From: Mizuhopecten yessoensis
Taxonomy: Eukaryota
Direction of reading: 5' to 3'
Assembly: GCF_002113885.1 (NCBI RefSeq)
Contig: NW_018408080.1
Span: 417,199-481,198 of the forward strand
DNA length: 64,000 nucleotides
The position numbers and the translations under genes were made by a program. Below, in pieces: positions 52,731-64,000 of this stretch. Every line of letters begins with the position of its first letter. Within the stretch, counting starts at the first letter, position 1. Below the pieces are notes generated by a model, which saw only the letters and a list, made by a program, of their open reading frames with translations, searched no databases and was not told where the DNA came from.

Positions 52731-53281
52731 CAGTCACTGGCCATAAGTATTGGCGCATAATTGCGACGTCATTAAGTGAATAAAATGTATTCCTATCGTT
52801 TTCAGCTGTATCTTTGCCCAAATAACACGTATTCTTACAAAACCAGTACCGGAGGTAGGGAATTGCGTATACACTCAAAAAGAGTTATTCACCTTTCTAT
52901 GTGTTTATATTGTCGTCTGCCCGTCAATGGTTCCAAAAAGCCGAGAATTGACCCCAGCCGATAAAGAAAACATTGTAAAGTTGTCTAACAGTGGTCTTTC
53001 GGCTCGAAAAATTGCAGGATTGTTAGAACTTAAAGCAAGAACCGTACAGATTTTTTTGTATAGTCTTTGTGCTATATTCGGAACCTATATGATACACTAC
53101 TAAAGTGATTACGAAGTGTACTTAGAGCTAGGGGACAGATAACAAAGTACTGAAAATTTCATGTAAGTAACTTCTTTATTTATTGAGATATTCCACTTTT
53201 AAATATTCCCTCCCTTATAAAATCTTAGCATTTACAAATATGACGTCGCCGATATGCGCCAATACTTATGGCCAGTGACTG
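52731..53281 (+). mobile_element. Internally deleted Tc1/mariner element (551 bp) retaining the transposase N-terminus
   Basis: TA flanks. 29-bp perfect TIR CAGTCACTGGCCATAAGTATTGGCGCATA (42 bp with 3 mismatches). ORF 52927-53103 reads MVPKSRELTPADKENIVKLSNSGLSARKIAGLLELKARTVQIFL, a Tc1-type HTH. Confidence 0.88.
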
Positions 53282-54780
53282 TATATAGTCATAATTATAT
53301 ATAATTATACATGTAATTGTAATTTGGATTCTGCATAATAGGTTTTTGTTACAAATCATTCAATTTATTTTTCCTTTTTTTACAGGAATGTTCTAGGTCA
53401 TGGATATTAAGCAGAAAGCCTTATGTAAGAAGACACCAGGATGGAAACAAAACTCTGGACAATTTAATGCGAGAAAAAAACCCAAATGCATAGGTCCTGT
53501 AAATGTGTTATTAATTTGATACATACAATTCATACTACAATGTACATACTCCGAAGACAAACATTCCTATCTTTGCTTCTAATCCTGTTTTTATGTTTCA
53601 AAAATGCGATTTGATTAAAATCAATGTAAATTTTCAAAATGTGTTTTATTCATTTTTTTCCCGTTATAAAATGACTAAAATACATAGTAAGTTAACTTAG
53701 TAAATATTAATAACTTTCCAAGAATGTATTTCTCTGTGAATTTTCAATCAGGAATTCTGGTTGAGATTCATATTCAGAATCTGATATTACACTTGTAGTT
53801 CATTCTCAAATTCAAGATATGTTTACTTGTGTTATGAATGAGAGTTCACAGAACTACGTTGTATTAGATTCCAAAATCTGCATTCATGCCCCCCCCCCAC
53901 ACACACACACTCTGGATTCAGCTTGAATACATTGCATGTGTAACCAGATGCTTTTGTGCTCATTTGAAATATACATGTAAATGGAAAAGATTTTCAAAAA
54001 TTAAGCAGAGGAGCTTTGAACTTCGAAATATTGATTTTTATTTAAGTTCCGAGCATTAATGCTATTTGATTTTAATGTATATCAAATATAAGTGTGGTGA
54101 CACGATAAAGTATTATATTTTTGACGGTATGGATAATAATATGACATAAATTTGCCTTTTACGCATTAAAATAGGAATAGGCAAAATGGGGTGGGGGAAT
54201 GGAGTTCTAACTTCAAGTGAGCGAAATTGCAAAATTTTCACCGGGAACCCCACATTTTTTTATGCTTACCGAAAATCATATATACTTGGCTGTCTTCTGT
54301 AAAAGTTTTATAAAATTGACATGGGTTTTGATCGCATTTTTGTTTGTTTTTAATGCATTCGTTCGATGTAAATTTGTTAAAATTGAACTTTGAAGAGAAT
54401 AGATGGCCAGGAAATATGCATAAATATACCAAATATAATCATGTTTGTTTTATTTCTGCTTTTGATAGTACATCACATTATATATATATGTGGAAATTTA
54501 TATATTTTTTAATGAAAATATTACTCAACGCTTTGTAATTGATTCAAAATAAAACTTCAAGTGCAAAATTACATAGCTTGGTTAAATATTCGTCTGGCGC
54601 TTTGATGAATGATCTCGCGTCATGACGTTAACAAATTTCAAACCACAAACGTCCTTGGATTATCTTAAATCAGCATATTTCCCTGTATCGCGTCAGGAAT
54701 TAAGACTTTTTTTATATAAAACTGTTCATATACATTAAACGGTTGTCATTGCGTAATGGAAACAGATCGTATTAAACCAA

Positions 54781-55260
54781 GTAAACGTGCAATATCACAG
54801 AAAAAACACATTATATTAAAGGGAGGGTAAACGTGCGGCGTCACAGAAAAAAATACTCTTTATTGAAAAGAATGCTACCGAAAATACACTACGGAAAACG
54901 CATTGTATTCAAATAAGGGAACGCGCAACATCACGGAAAACACATTTTGTTAAAAAATAGTGAACGTGGTTTGTTACCGAAAATACACTATTAAACTCGT
55001 GAACGTGCGTTGTCACGGAAAACGCATTGTATTTAAATAAGTCAACGTGCAACATCACGGAAAACGCATTGTATTTATAAGAGTGAATGTGCGGTATTAC
55101 AGAAACCACAATGTATTTAAAGAGTGGACGTTCAACATCAGGGAAAAACATATTGTATCAAAAATGAACGTGCAATTGCAGGAGAAAGAGAGTATACATG
55201 CAGTAGCATGAGGAAACACACTGTATTAAAAAGTTCGTGTTCGGTATCACAGAAAACTTA
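54781..55260. repeat. Degenerate ~40-bp tandem repeat (AACGTGCAACATCACGGAAAACGCATTGTATTTAAA-type)
   Basis: Recurrent (TC)ACRGAAAAC...ATTGTATT motifs at ~40-bp spacing. Confidence 0.75.
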
Positions 55261-57259
55261 ACTAATAATATGATTCTATATTCGACCATGACGTTTTGAA
55301 TACGTCATGTCTGGTTGCAGTAAAACCGCAAATGAATGTCATGTTTACATGTTAAGTATCAAATTAAAATCATAACACGTATTCCTTGAGTGGGATTGAT
55401 TTTATCAATTTGCAATATTTAGTATTATTGTGTTATAGACACATAGCTAAAATTCTTGTTCCGTTATAATGTTATGAAATTATTTTAAATGCAAAAACAA
55501 TGAACGTTATCAGAGAGTGATACAAAATGCATAGTAGGCTTTTAATTGTACAGTAAATTAAAATAATCATTTTGATAAACAGCTAGGTGAAATCGTGTAA
55601 CTTTATTTTGAGGTTTATTAAAGCGAACACTTTTTTCACACATGTTGTGGACGAGTACAAAATATATCATCCATTGTTTCACTGTGAAGGAATATTCAAT
55701 TATTCAACTGTTTCTTCTTTTCACGCTTCTTTTCCTGTTTCCTGATTGGCTAACTCGCTATAGAATTATATACAAAAGTGTTAATTCATTGGTAACAAAA
55801 ATGTATCTTTATTTGTATAACCTATTAAAAGCAACAAAAAAATCAGATAAGCTAAGATTGAGATATTGTCCCCATTTGCCACCCGAAACGTGATCTATAT
55901 TATTAAAACACTTTATTATATACTAAATTAACTTCAGGTTTAACCAAGGAACTCAACACTGGAGTATTATGTCAAGAAATGTATTCTTGTTTAGAACAAC
56001 TTACAATAAGCGATAATTTATATATGTTGGGCACAATACATTTATTACTCATTTAATGTCTATAAAATATTTTAAAGGCTCTAGTTAACTAGCATAGTTT
56101 TTTTACTGGTTTAGCAGAATATTTAACTTTGCTCGGGAGCGAAACAGGCGTTTTTATGCAGTTAAGAATTAAGTTCATGTACATGTATTTATGTCAAATA
56201 CAAATGTTTAAATATTTAAAAAAAAATAACGATCCTGTACTACGCATAGGATATTGATTTTTTTTTATAACTCCCTTTTAGCAAAAATTATACCTTGCGG
56301 GACTTTTGTAGAAAAAAACTTAATCAAAAAACATGTCGAGCACACGAAATGCTTCCGCTTACAACATTGAAACAATGCAGATAACGACAAAATGCAATAT
56401 TTTAATGCAGATTGTCAATTTCAAGCCTTTAACGTGCGAATGAATACAAAGCAGTGTAAAAATTCCGCGAAATGTCACGTAAAGGTACCAGACAGATCGG
56501 GCAAGATAGAAAACATCTAGCATGGGGTATGACGTGGGATATCTCTGTCTGAGGTACAAGAAAAATGTACGTAATTACCATACGAGTAATCACGTTTTAA
56601 CGGCAAGATATCAAAAGTTATCAATTAGATAAAAGAACTATTGTACATAGTGCTTTATCATAACATGATACATTTCTGTATTGATTTTATATTGAATAAT
56701 CAGAACGTTATTTTCTATTCACTGGATTCAAGTCTACAGATTTTCTAGTCATGTTTAGATAAAGCTACGGTTAAAGGAAAGGCATGGTATGTTAATTTTG
56801 GTACATACACAAAATTATCGAATGTTGGAAAGAAGCCGATTCAAAATTGCACACAGTCCTTTTGTCAAGTGTGGCGTCACTATAATAAGGCACCATAGAA
56901 AACGCCACTAAATCCTACACTTTGTGTTGCAGTAAGTATTTTTTCGTCGTCCTACCATATGAAATAAAATAAAAACAAAACTGAATGATTTTCCTGTCGA
57001 ATATCACATATCAACATTAATATATAATTTGAATTGCACAAGTAAGAAATATTGACATTTTGCCATTATTTGGATCAAATTAAATGTATCTCTCGTTATG
57101 GACTTAATCATAAAACGGATTTTTTTCTAATGATCAAACATTTAATTAGTTTAATGAAATTTGATTTTAAAAAAGGTAAAGTATCTGATACCTTTGGTAT
57201 CTTTATACATTTTTGAACAATCATTCATTCAATGAAAATCTCTTTACATAAGAAAGTAG

Positions 57260-57390
57260 TTGGTTTTCTCCATGTACCCCGGTTTACTCAGACTTTAAGA
57301 CACTATGTGGCTTCAATCCGGGCCAACAAGAGTGGCTGTTATAAGTTGGTGTAAGCTATGTTTTCTATTTTAATTTTACAAAACGTTAGT
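57260..57390 (+). mobile_element. Truncated, diverged copy of the V-SINE at 5593
   Basis: GGTTTTCTCCATGTACCCCGGTTT...TAAGAC...ATCCGGGCCAACAAGAGTG matches 5702-5776. Confidence 0.7.
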
Positions 57391-58413
57391 ATAAGTGGTA
57401 TTTATAGGAAGCAGAAATAATTTTAGCATCTCTTTAACATTTGTTTTAGACTGAGGGAAAATCATTGATCCGGAATGGATTTGCCCCAAATATCTTTCCT
57501 ATAATACCCACACACAACTAGGCTACCTGACTCAGTCGTCTGCACTGTCACGTGACATCATTGATTTTGGCGAAAGAAAAAAAACCTTTGTGACGTAATG
57601 TTGATATTTTGACGATTTGATCTGGATATGTAGATATATAGGCTTAGAGTAATGCATCTTTGTTCGAAAGACCTGTTGCAGCTTTATAAGGATTTTGGCC
57701 CGCAATATTTTTTTTCCGTAGTCTATTTTTTTTTTGGAGAAATGAATGATTCCTCTTATTTTAATAACATCAGTCATGTTTTGTTTTCATTTGGTCTGCA
57801 GTTTGCACTCCAGTCAATATCTATAGCCAAAAATAACCCCAAATTACCCAAATATTTGCACACATCAAGCAAGAATGTTTACCATTGTGCTACTTTGTGA
57901 ATGCCTGCTCTTGTGCACGGCTGCGTCTATGACCAGTAAAGCATTTTGCAATGCATACCTCCCTAATTCTTGTTATATCAAAGTGCTGAAAGGTCTGCTA
58001 TGTGTGTACCCTGATTCTAAACATGTTTCAGAAATATTCATTAGTATTCATGTCCTTACGAAGAAAAAAGACACAGTACCGTATCATTTTCGTGGTTTTA
58101 AATAACCTTTTGGTGACAAAATGGTAAATTCTAAGAAAACAACTAACAGTTTGACGGAATACTCCTGATAACTTACAGCCAACCTCATTTTTTGTTCTGT
58201 GGAAATATTACTAATTTATACAAGATCTTTAAAGGACACATTGCAGATTAACATTATTGTAATTTTATCACTGCACGTGCACTGATGCACCTTAATCATA
58301 TTCAAAGATTAAGCAAACGTTTATTTTCATCGTAATATTGCATTGCATCAAGTCGACAATTATATTTTTAAAATTGATATAAGATATACATTGAATTTCG
58401 ACGTAACGTTAAT

Positions 58414-58512
58414 ATGCAAATATAATAGACCGTTATCGGTGATTGATAGCTTGGAAGTTATACAGCAAGACGGATTAATCAGGATTGTACAGTACCTGTC
58501 TGCAGTCGCCTG
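58414..58512 (+). promoter_or_regulatory. Candidate promoter and non-coding first exon of peroxidase 2
   Basis: Octamer ATGCAAAT (58414-58421) abuts TATAATA (58421-58427). Strong donor TG|GTGAGT at 58512/58513. The ATG exon at 59381 begins with a splice acceptor, so an upstream exon is expected. Confidence 0.4.
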
Positions 58513-59382
58513 GTGAGTGTGTTATTTAAACCTTAGGGAAACAAGCAATTTTATATATATTTATAAGAATGCATTATTATCTAAATCACAACTCAAAATA
58601 ATAATTTTTCATATATTTATTAATCACTTTTTATTTATTTATATTTACAATGTAATTTAGCTTATTTTCAAACTGTTATAAATAGGACATTTTTAAAACA
58701 AAATGTACCGAGTTTCAAATCTAATCTGCAAATTTTTCTAATATCATTTTATCTACATGGTAAATATGATAACATTTTTATTCGAATCATTACGAATCAT
58801 AAATCCGTAATATGAAAGGACATACACTAATTGTAAGAAAAAGACATAAAAAGGATTGAACGGTATTTTTCCAAGTCCCAACTGCCAATATGCATCATAT
58901 ATATATTTACATACTAAATTTCATAGTTATTATAGATATAAAATATAGGTCTTACCATATATTTTTAATATTGTAGTGTTGGTGCAAACAAGATTCGTGA
59001 ACAGCCTAACGTCACTAAAATGTGTATTTGAACTAAACAGTTATCTCATGTCAATCTAGGCGGAAGGATAAGCTTTAAAATAGTTTTGATCTAATTGCAA
59101 TCATAGCTCTAATTACTTCTGATAATCCTAATAGAGGGTCTTGCAGTGTAAATGTTAATATATTTATATGTTAATTGATTGACCTAAAACGTTTTGTAAC
59201 GGATTGTTGTTTTGATATAAAAACTTCCTAACGGCATGATAATCTTATGAAAAAATGTAAATATTATTTTTCATATATATTTTGAACGTTTATAGGTAAC
59301 GTATGATATAAACGGTTATTTTTAGCAGCCGCAGTAACAATTCAACATCTTATCCCAGCATGTCAATTACATTTTAACAGGC

Positions 59383-62349
59383 ATGATGTTTCGTGGCCTG
59401 TTGTTTTCATCTATCATCCTGCTTCAACTGGTGTGTAAAGGGCATTCTACATCAAATATAAACTCTCTGTTACTGGCCATCAGAAATGCGATTATATTAC
59501 CATTGAACGAGGCCAACGCCGGGAGAAGCCTCTTCAAGTCAGATGCAGGTAAACACAAATTTACAGAGCGTTGAACTAACAATTCAATTCCATTACATTA
59601 AATTTTTGTTTTAGCATTTTTTTTATATGCAGCTTGACATGATTTATCAAAATTACCAAGAACACTTCCAAACATAGCATGAAGCATATTTGAAATTATG
59701 TCATTTATTAATTTGGTCCCAAACTATTCCCCTTCATATCCCGAAATGGTCTTCAAGATGACATTTATTTCATGTGCTTTCGTGACGGCATAACCATAAG
59801 GAATGTTTAATCAAACAACAAAATTGGCATTCATCTTTTACAATTATCGATTGTTTATTTACCAAATTGCAGGTTACATTAAGTTATGTTTCTAGTGTTT
59901 CTTTGGTTGGTGTGCCTGCCGTTTATGCAGTATCTTGTTACCTTTCTGAGTGGATCATTTTGATACTACTTTTATTGTGCTTTCCTTGATGTGTTTGACC
60001 TTTCGGTTTCTGTTGCTGCAATGCTACCTCTGTTTTTATAACAATGGTCGTTTGGTGCCTTTCGTTGTCTTTCTGAATCAACCTCTCGAAATTTAAATAC
60101 ATGCTTACATATTTCGTATCTTATCTCTGATATCGAAAGTTCTAAAATTGCTGTCTTTTGTTAACTCCTGTTATGTCTTTGTGGCGTTTTTTGGCAACCC
60201 CACTTAGGCTAGCTCAGGTTTTTAGTTATATTTTGATTGTAGTTGCTACCATGTTTGGTATATTTGCAACCACTTTGTATAATCTTAAGTTTCTGATGGA
60301 AGCCACATGGTGGCTTAATCAGTATAATAAATATAATGTCACCCTTTGGTAGGCCATTTCACTCACATTTGTTGTTTGAGTTATTCTTGTAATGGGTGGA
60401 GAGGCATAAAAGGCAGCTAAGCAATTAGCTTAATTTATGCTCATAACACCATAACAAGTTTAAATTTGTTATCTAACTGCTTTAATTGTAAGGGTTATTA
60501 TAAGTTAGCAACATTAATATTACAATATCATGGAACAAGACACCTTAATGGTTTCTGAAATTATTGGAGGTTATTGATTGGCTGCTGATGACGTAAATAT
60601 GGATGCTGGCCCCTAATTGGTCAAGGTGACCTGAGGGTCGCGTCCCTTTGTTCATAAGGCAGCCATCTTGCGAATCGTTATCATCAGATCTAACTTGATA
60701 TTTAAAACCCATCTACTTCCGACCCTCAGTTTTTGTGGTCAATACAAAATTGACATTTTTTGTGATGTAACCATCAATAAGGCTAGCTAAGATGGCGTTT
60801 GCAATTTTGGTGGCAACTCCACTAGCTAAGGTTTTTAGTTATTTTTTATTTTATTTTTTATTTTAACATGTATAATTTGTAACCTGGCAGTTATTTTTTG
60901 ATTGTAACATGTATACCTTTTAACCTGGCAGGTTGTTGCTAGTTTGTGTTAAAGTGAGACAACACTTGCCGACTGGTCAGAGCATTGATTAACAGGGTTG
61001 GGGCAGCCGGCTCGCAGTATATAATGTAAAGATGGGTCTAGTGAATAGTTCACATATATAAACAGAAACCCCGTAGTGGACTCGTAAATGTAACGCATAA
61101 CTGAAGATGTTAGCAGCCAACTCCCGTGGGGATATTCTGTTATCACAACAACTGTTACCTCCAATCTGAAGCACAACAATATGACAATATTTTAAAACTA
61201 TGACCTAACACCAAAACTCGTAATTGTATAAAAGCCATGCTAAAAGAAATGATAAAATACTTAAGTTTCAGGTCTCAGAGTGATGTTGACTCCAGGGTCA
61301 CACCCAGGTTCAAGGGCACTTTAAAAGTCACGGCCACGGCTGTCGTTACCTCACAGGAAACAATAGGGTACCCAAGCGTCACTAATGAAAGCTTGCCCGT
61401 ATTCGTTCGAAGCAGGAAGAGAAAATTCGAATGACTCGGTCGTAATAATTAAGTTTTTAAATATCAAGTTAGATCTGATGATAACGATTCGCAAGATGGC
61501 TGCCTTATGAATAAAGGGACGCGACCCTCAGGTCACCTTGACCAATTAGGGGCCAGCATCCCGATTTACGTCATCAGCAGCAAATCAATAACCTCCAATA
61601 ATTTCAGAAGCCATTAAGGTGTCTTGTTCCATGATATTGTAATATTAATGTTGCTAACTTATAATAACCCTTACAATTAAAGCAGTTAGATAACAAATTT
61701 AAACTTGTTATGGTGTTATGAGCATGAATTAAGCTAATTGCTTAGCTGCCTTATATTGTTGGTGATTAAGGCGTCCTTATAGAATCTGATATATAGAAAA
61801 GGAAAACGAATGCTTCAATGTTGCCGAACGATGATGCACAGTTCGAGTATGACTAGTGTTTTGTTTATCTATATATAAAATTGAATCAATCATGGAGAAC
61901 AAGTGATTATTGATGTGAACGATACTCGAAGATCAATCTGAATACGTAATCACATATACATTTCTAATTACAACATCCTTGCATCTGATTTCCGTTCATT
62001 CATTGATTATTTGATTTAATGGACCATCTTACGTAGTTTTTGCTTTTGCGATTTTCTTTTCTTATCACATGACTTGTATCATTAAATATTTCTTGTGTTT
62101 GATGTTTGAATACTATTTGCTAATATGTAAGTTTATTTTGGGAATATTTTTGTATTTTTCCTAATTTTTAGGTATTATATATGTTTTCATGCAGTCAATT
62201 AAATATATCTTTTTGTCATTTGTTTGATTGATTTGACATTTACCAACTGCCGCGTATGCAGAACTACATCGACAGTCGCAGCTTTTGGTCCTATCCTTAG
62301 ATCGGAACGCACAGATAATGCAGAGAGCTATGATAATCTTCAAAAGAAC
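59383..62349 (+). CDS. Second haem peroxidase paralogue, 5' part only (coding exons 59383-59548 and 62262-62349; continues beyond the window)
   Basis: Same layout as peroxidase 1: AG|NN-ATG-ATG, signal peptide and a phase-1 donor. The next exon (phase 1 to phase 2) encodes LDRNAQIMQRAMIIFKR, versus LDRNARVIRRVQENFRK in the equivalent peroxidase-1 exon. The catalytic exons are not in the window. Confidence 0.75.
60410..61752. mobile_element. 1.34-kb non-autonomous DNA element with 298-bp TIRs (60410-60707 and 61455-61752) in a peroxidase-2 intron
   Basis: The arms are reverse complements with only ~6 visible mismatches. No credible internal ORF. TSD is ambiguous (possibly TA). Confidence 0.9.
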
Positions 62350-62453
62350 GTAAGTTTACATTGACTTTGTCTATGATGTTTAAAAAGAACCATTATGATT
62401 ATATTGCATTGGTGTGCTTTATAATTTAAGAAAATGTCATATTGAGGATCAAG

Positions 62454-62569
62454 GGCCCACTTGTATAAAACATCTCAACTCTTGAGATTTTCTCAAGTCT
62501 ACGTTTTCCCATAGACAATACATTGCTTGAGGTTTTCCTTAACTTTGAGATGTTTTATACAAGTGGGCC
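62454..62569. mobile_element. 116-bp MITE with 25-bp perfect TIRs (PIF/Harbinger-like GGC ends)
   Basis: GGCCCACTTGTATAAAACATCTCAA / TTGAGATGTTTTATACAAGTGGGCC. Confidence 0.75.
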
Positions 62570-64000
62570 AATGTCCCACAAAAACACTTACGTGTTTCTT
62601 ACTTGCAGTAACCTTCCATGCATTTTTTGTTTTGGATATAATGGGTAATTTTCGCGGGCCTCAATATTTGCGATTTCTACCCAAAATAAGAAAATTAAAT
62701 TACACGGATTATAATTTCTCGATCTAGAGGTTTGAACGATAAATATGTCCGCCGTGTTGTAGCATAGAGATTGGAAATTCGGGATATAATATAGGCTGTA
62801 TGAGCAACAACAAGAACGTTTTATTTTATTAGATAAATCATCATAAGCAAAATGTGACTAAATGGGTGCTAATATGTATCCCTTAGAATACTTGCAACGA
62901 TTTCTCCCCTGGGAAATGGGTCCCAACAACTTTGTTTCCTTGAATTTGTTTTTGATTTATATATGACAAAAGTATGTCTTTGTTATATATTCAATCTGTC
63001 TGTTGCTAATAAACAGCAAGCAAATACACCTATTTTTGATAATAATAATAATAATAATAATAAAATGCCCATCTAGTTGTGTTGCTCACCCTTTGAGTAT
63101 GATATTTCGAACTCTTTAAAACCACATAAATTAAATTCAATGATATAAATAAACAATGTATTGAACTAAGGCATTTTATTTGCATTGCCTGCAAGTTGAT
63201 TCGCTTTTTTATCGTATTAAGAATAATTTGAAAGCGAAGGTTGATATGCGTTCGTGTGTTTGCGTCGCACAGTTAATCCAGTTGTGGTGAGGAGTGACAA
63301 CATGATGTATCACACAGGTATGGTGTGTGTCTACATCGTATTCAATCTAATTTGGTGCGGAGGACAGTTGCTATTTTAAGTGTTTGTTGTTAGGTGCAAA
63401 GCTATCTCTTTTTAATTATTGCAAATTTAAAAAAAAATCTATCCCAGTGTTATTTTTTTTTAATTTTTTTTTTAGGTTCAAATTGTTTTATTCCCCCAGC
63501 ATCTTTGGGAGGGATGCCAGGGTTGGGGTGCCCCGGAATCATACCTCTTACATAATATAGCCTCATGCAAAAGTCCTCTTTCTCTTCATCCTCTCTTTCT
63601 TTTTCATTCATTCTTTCATACTCAAATTCAAAATCATTCATTCTTTCATACGTATATTTCATTCATTACAATAACGATACTATTTGTTTTGATTAAATTG
63701 ATATATTAAATTACATCAACCATTCCTTCTTTATATATTCAAATATTGAACGTATTTTTATATTTATAAATTCATTTACATGCCAAAAATTCTGCTTTAT
63801 TGATTTGGGATTGCCATATTGTCCTAAAATTTAAACAAGATAAAACCGAATTCATGTACTTTGAATGATGTTGTTTTTCATGTTTTTCATTTGGATTAGT
63901 TTAAGAAGGAATGTCTGGGGAAATAAAAAAAAGAGTACAAATACTAATGTACCTAGCAATTTAGACCTATATACATAAACACAAAAACATAAACAGTGTA

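Noticed and set aside
51300-53560. Extra spliced gene suggested by a donor at ~51658 and acceptors at ~52059 and ~53385
   Set aside because: I could not build an open, recognisable reading frame. It may be decayed TE or non-coding sequence.

Overview
AT-rich, intron-rich eukaryotic (invertebrate) genomic DNA. The SINE domains, repeat types and gene families point to a mollusc, probably a bivalve (inference). Most ORFs in the supplied track are spurious. By splicing exons by hand I can build four genes. (1, 2) Two tandem, 3-exon, secreted IL-17-family cytokine genes on the minus strand: 11433-7259 (154 aa) and 16244-14322 (360 aa). They share 10 cysteines, the same intron phases and TATA plus kB-like promoters. 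The second carries an unusual ~204-aa acidic C-terminal tail with repeated (T)EKM(P) motifs. (3) A complete animal haem peroxidase with 12 coding exons on the plus strand (35063-47043, 784 aa), with a 30% His N-terminal segment and Val in place of the haem-linking Glu. (4) The 5' part of a second, paralogous peroxidase that lacks the His segment (from 59383, running off the window). The rest is a 3.3-kb 22-bp satellite made of chained palindromes, several minisatellites, tRNA-derived SINEs, decayed LINE and Penelope-like fragments, and many non-autonomous TIR elements. One TIR element has duplicated a peroxidase splice donor.
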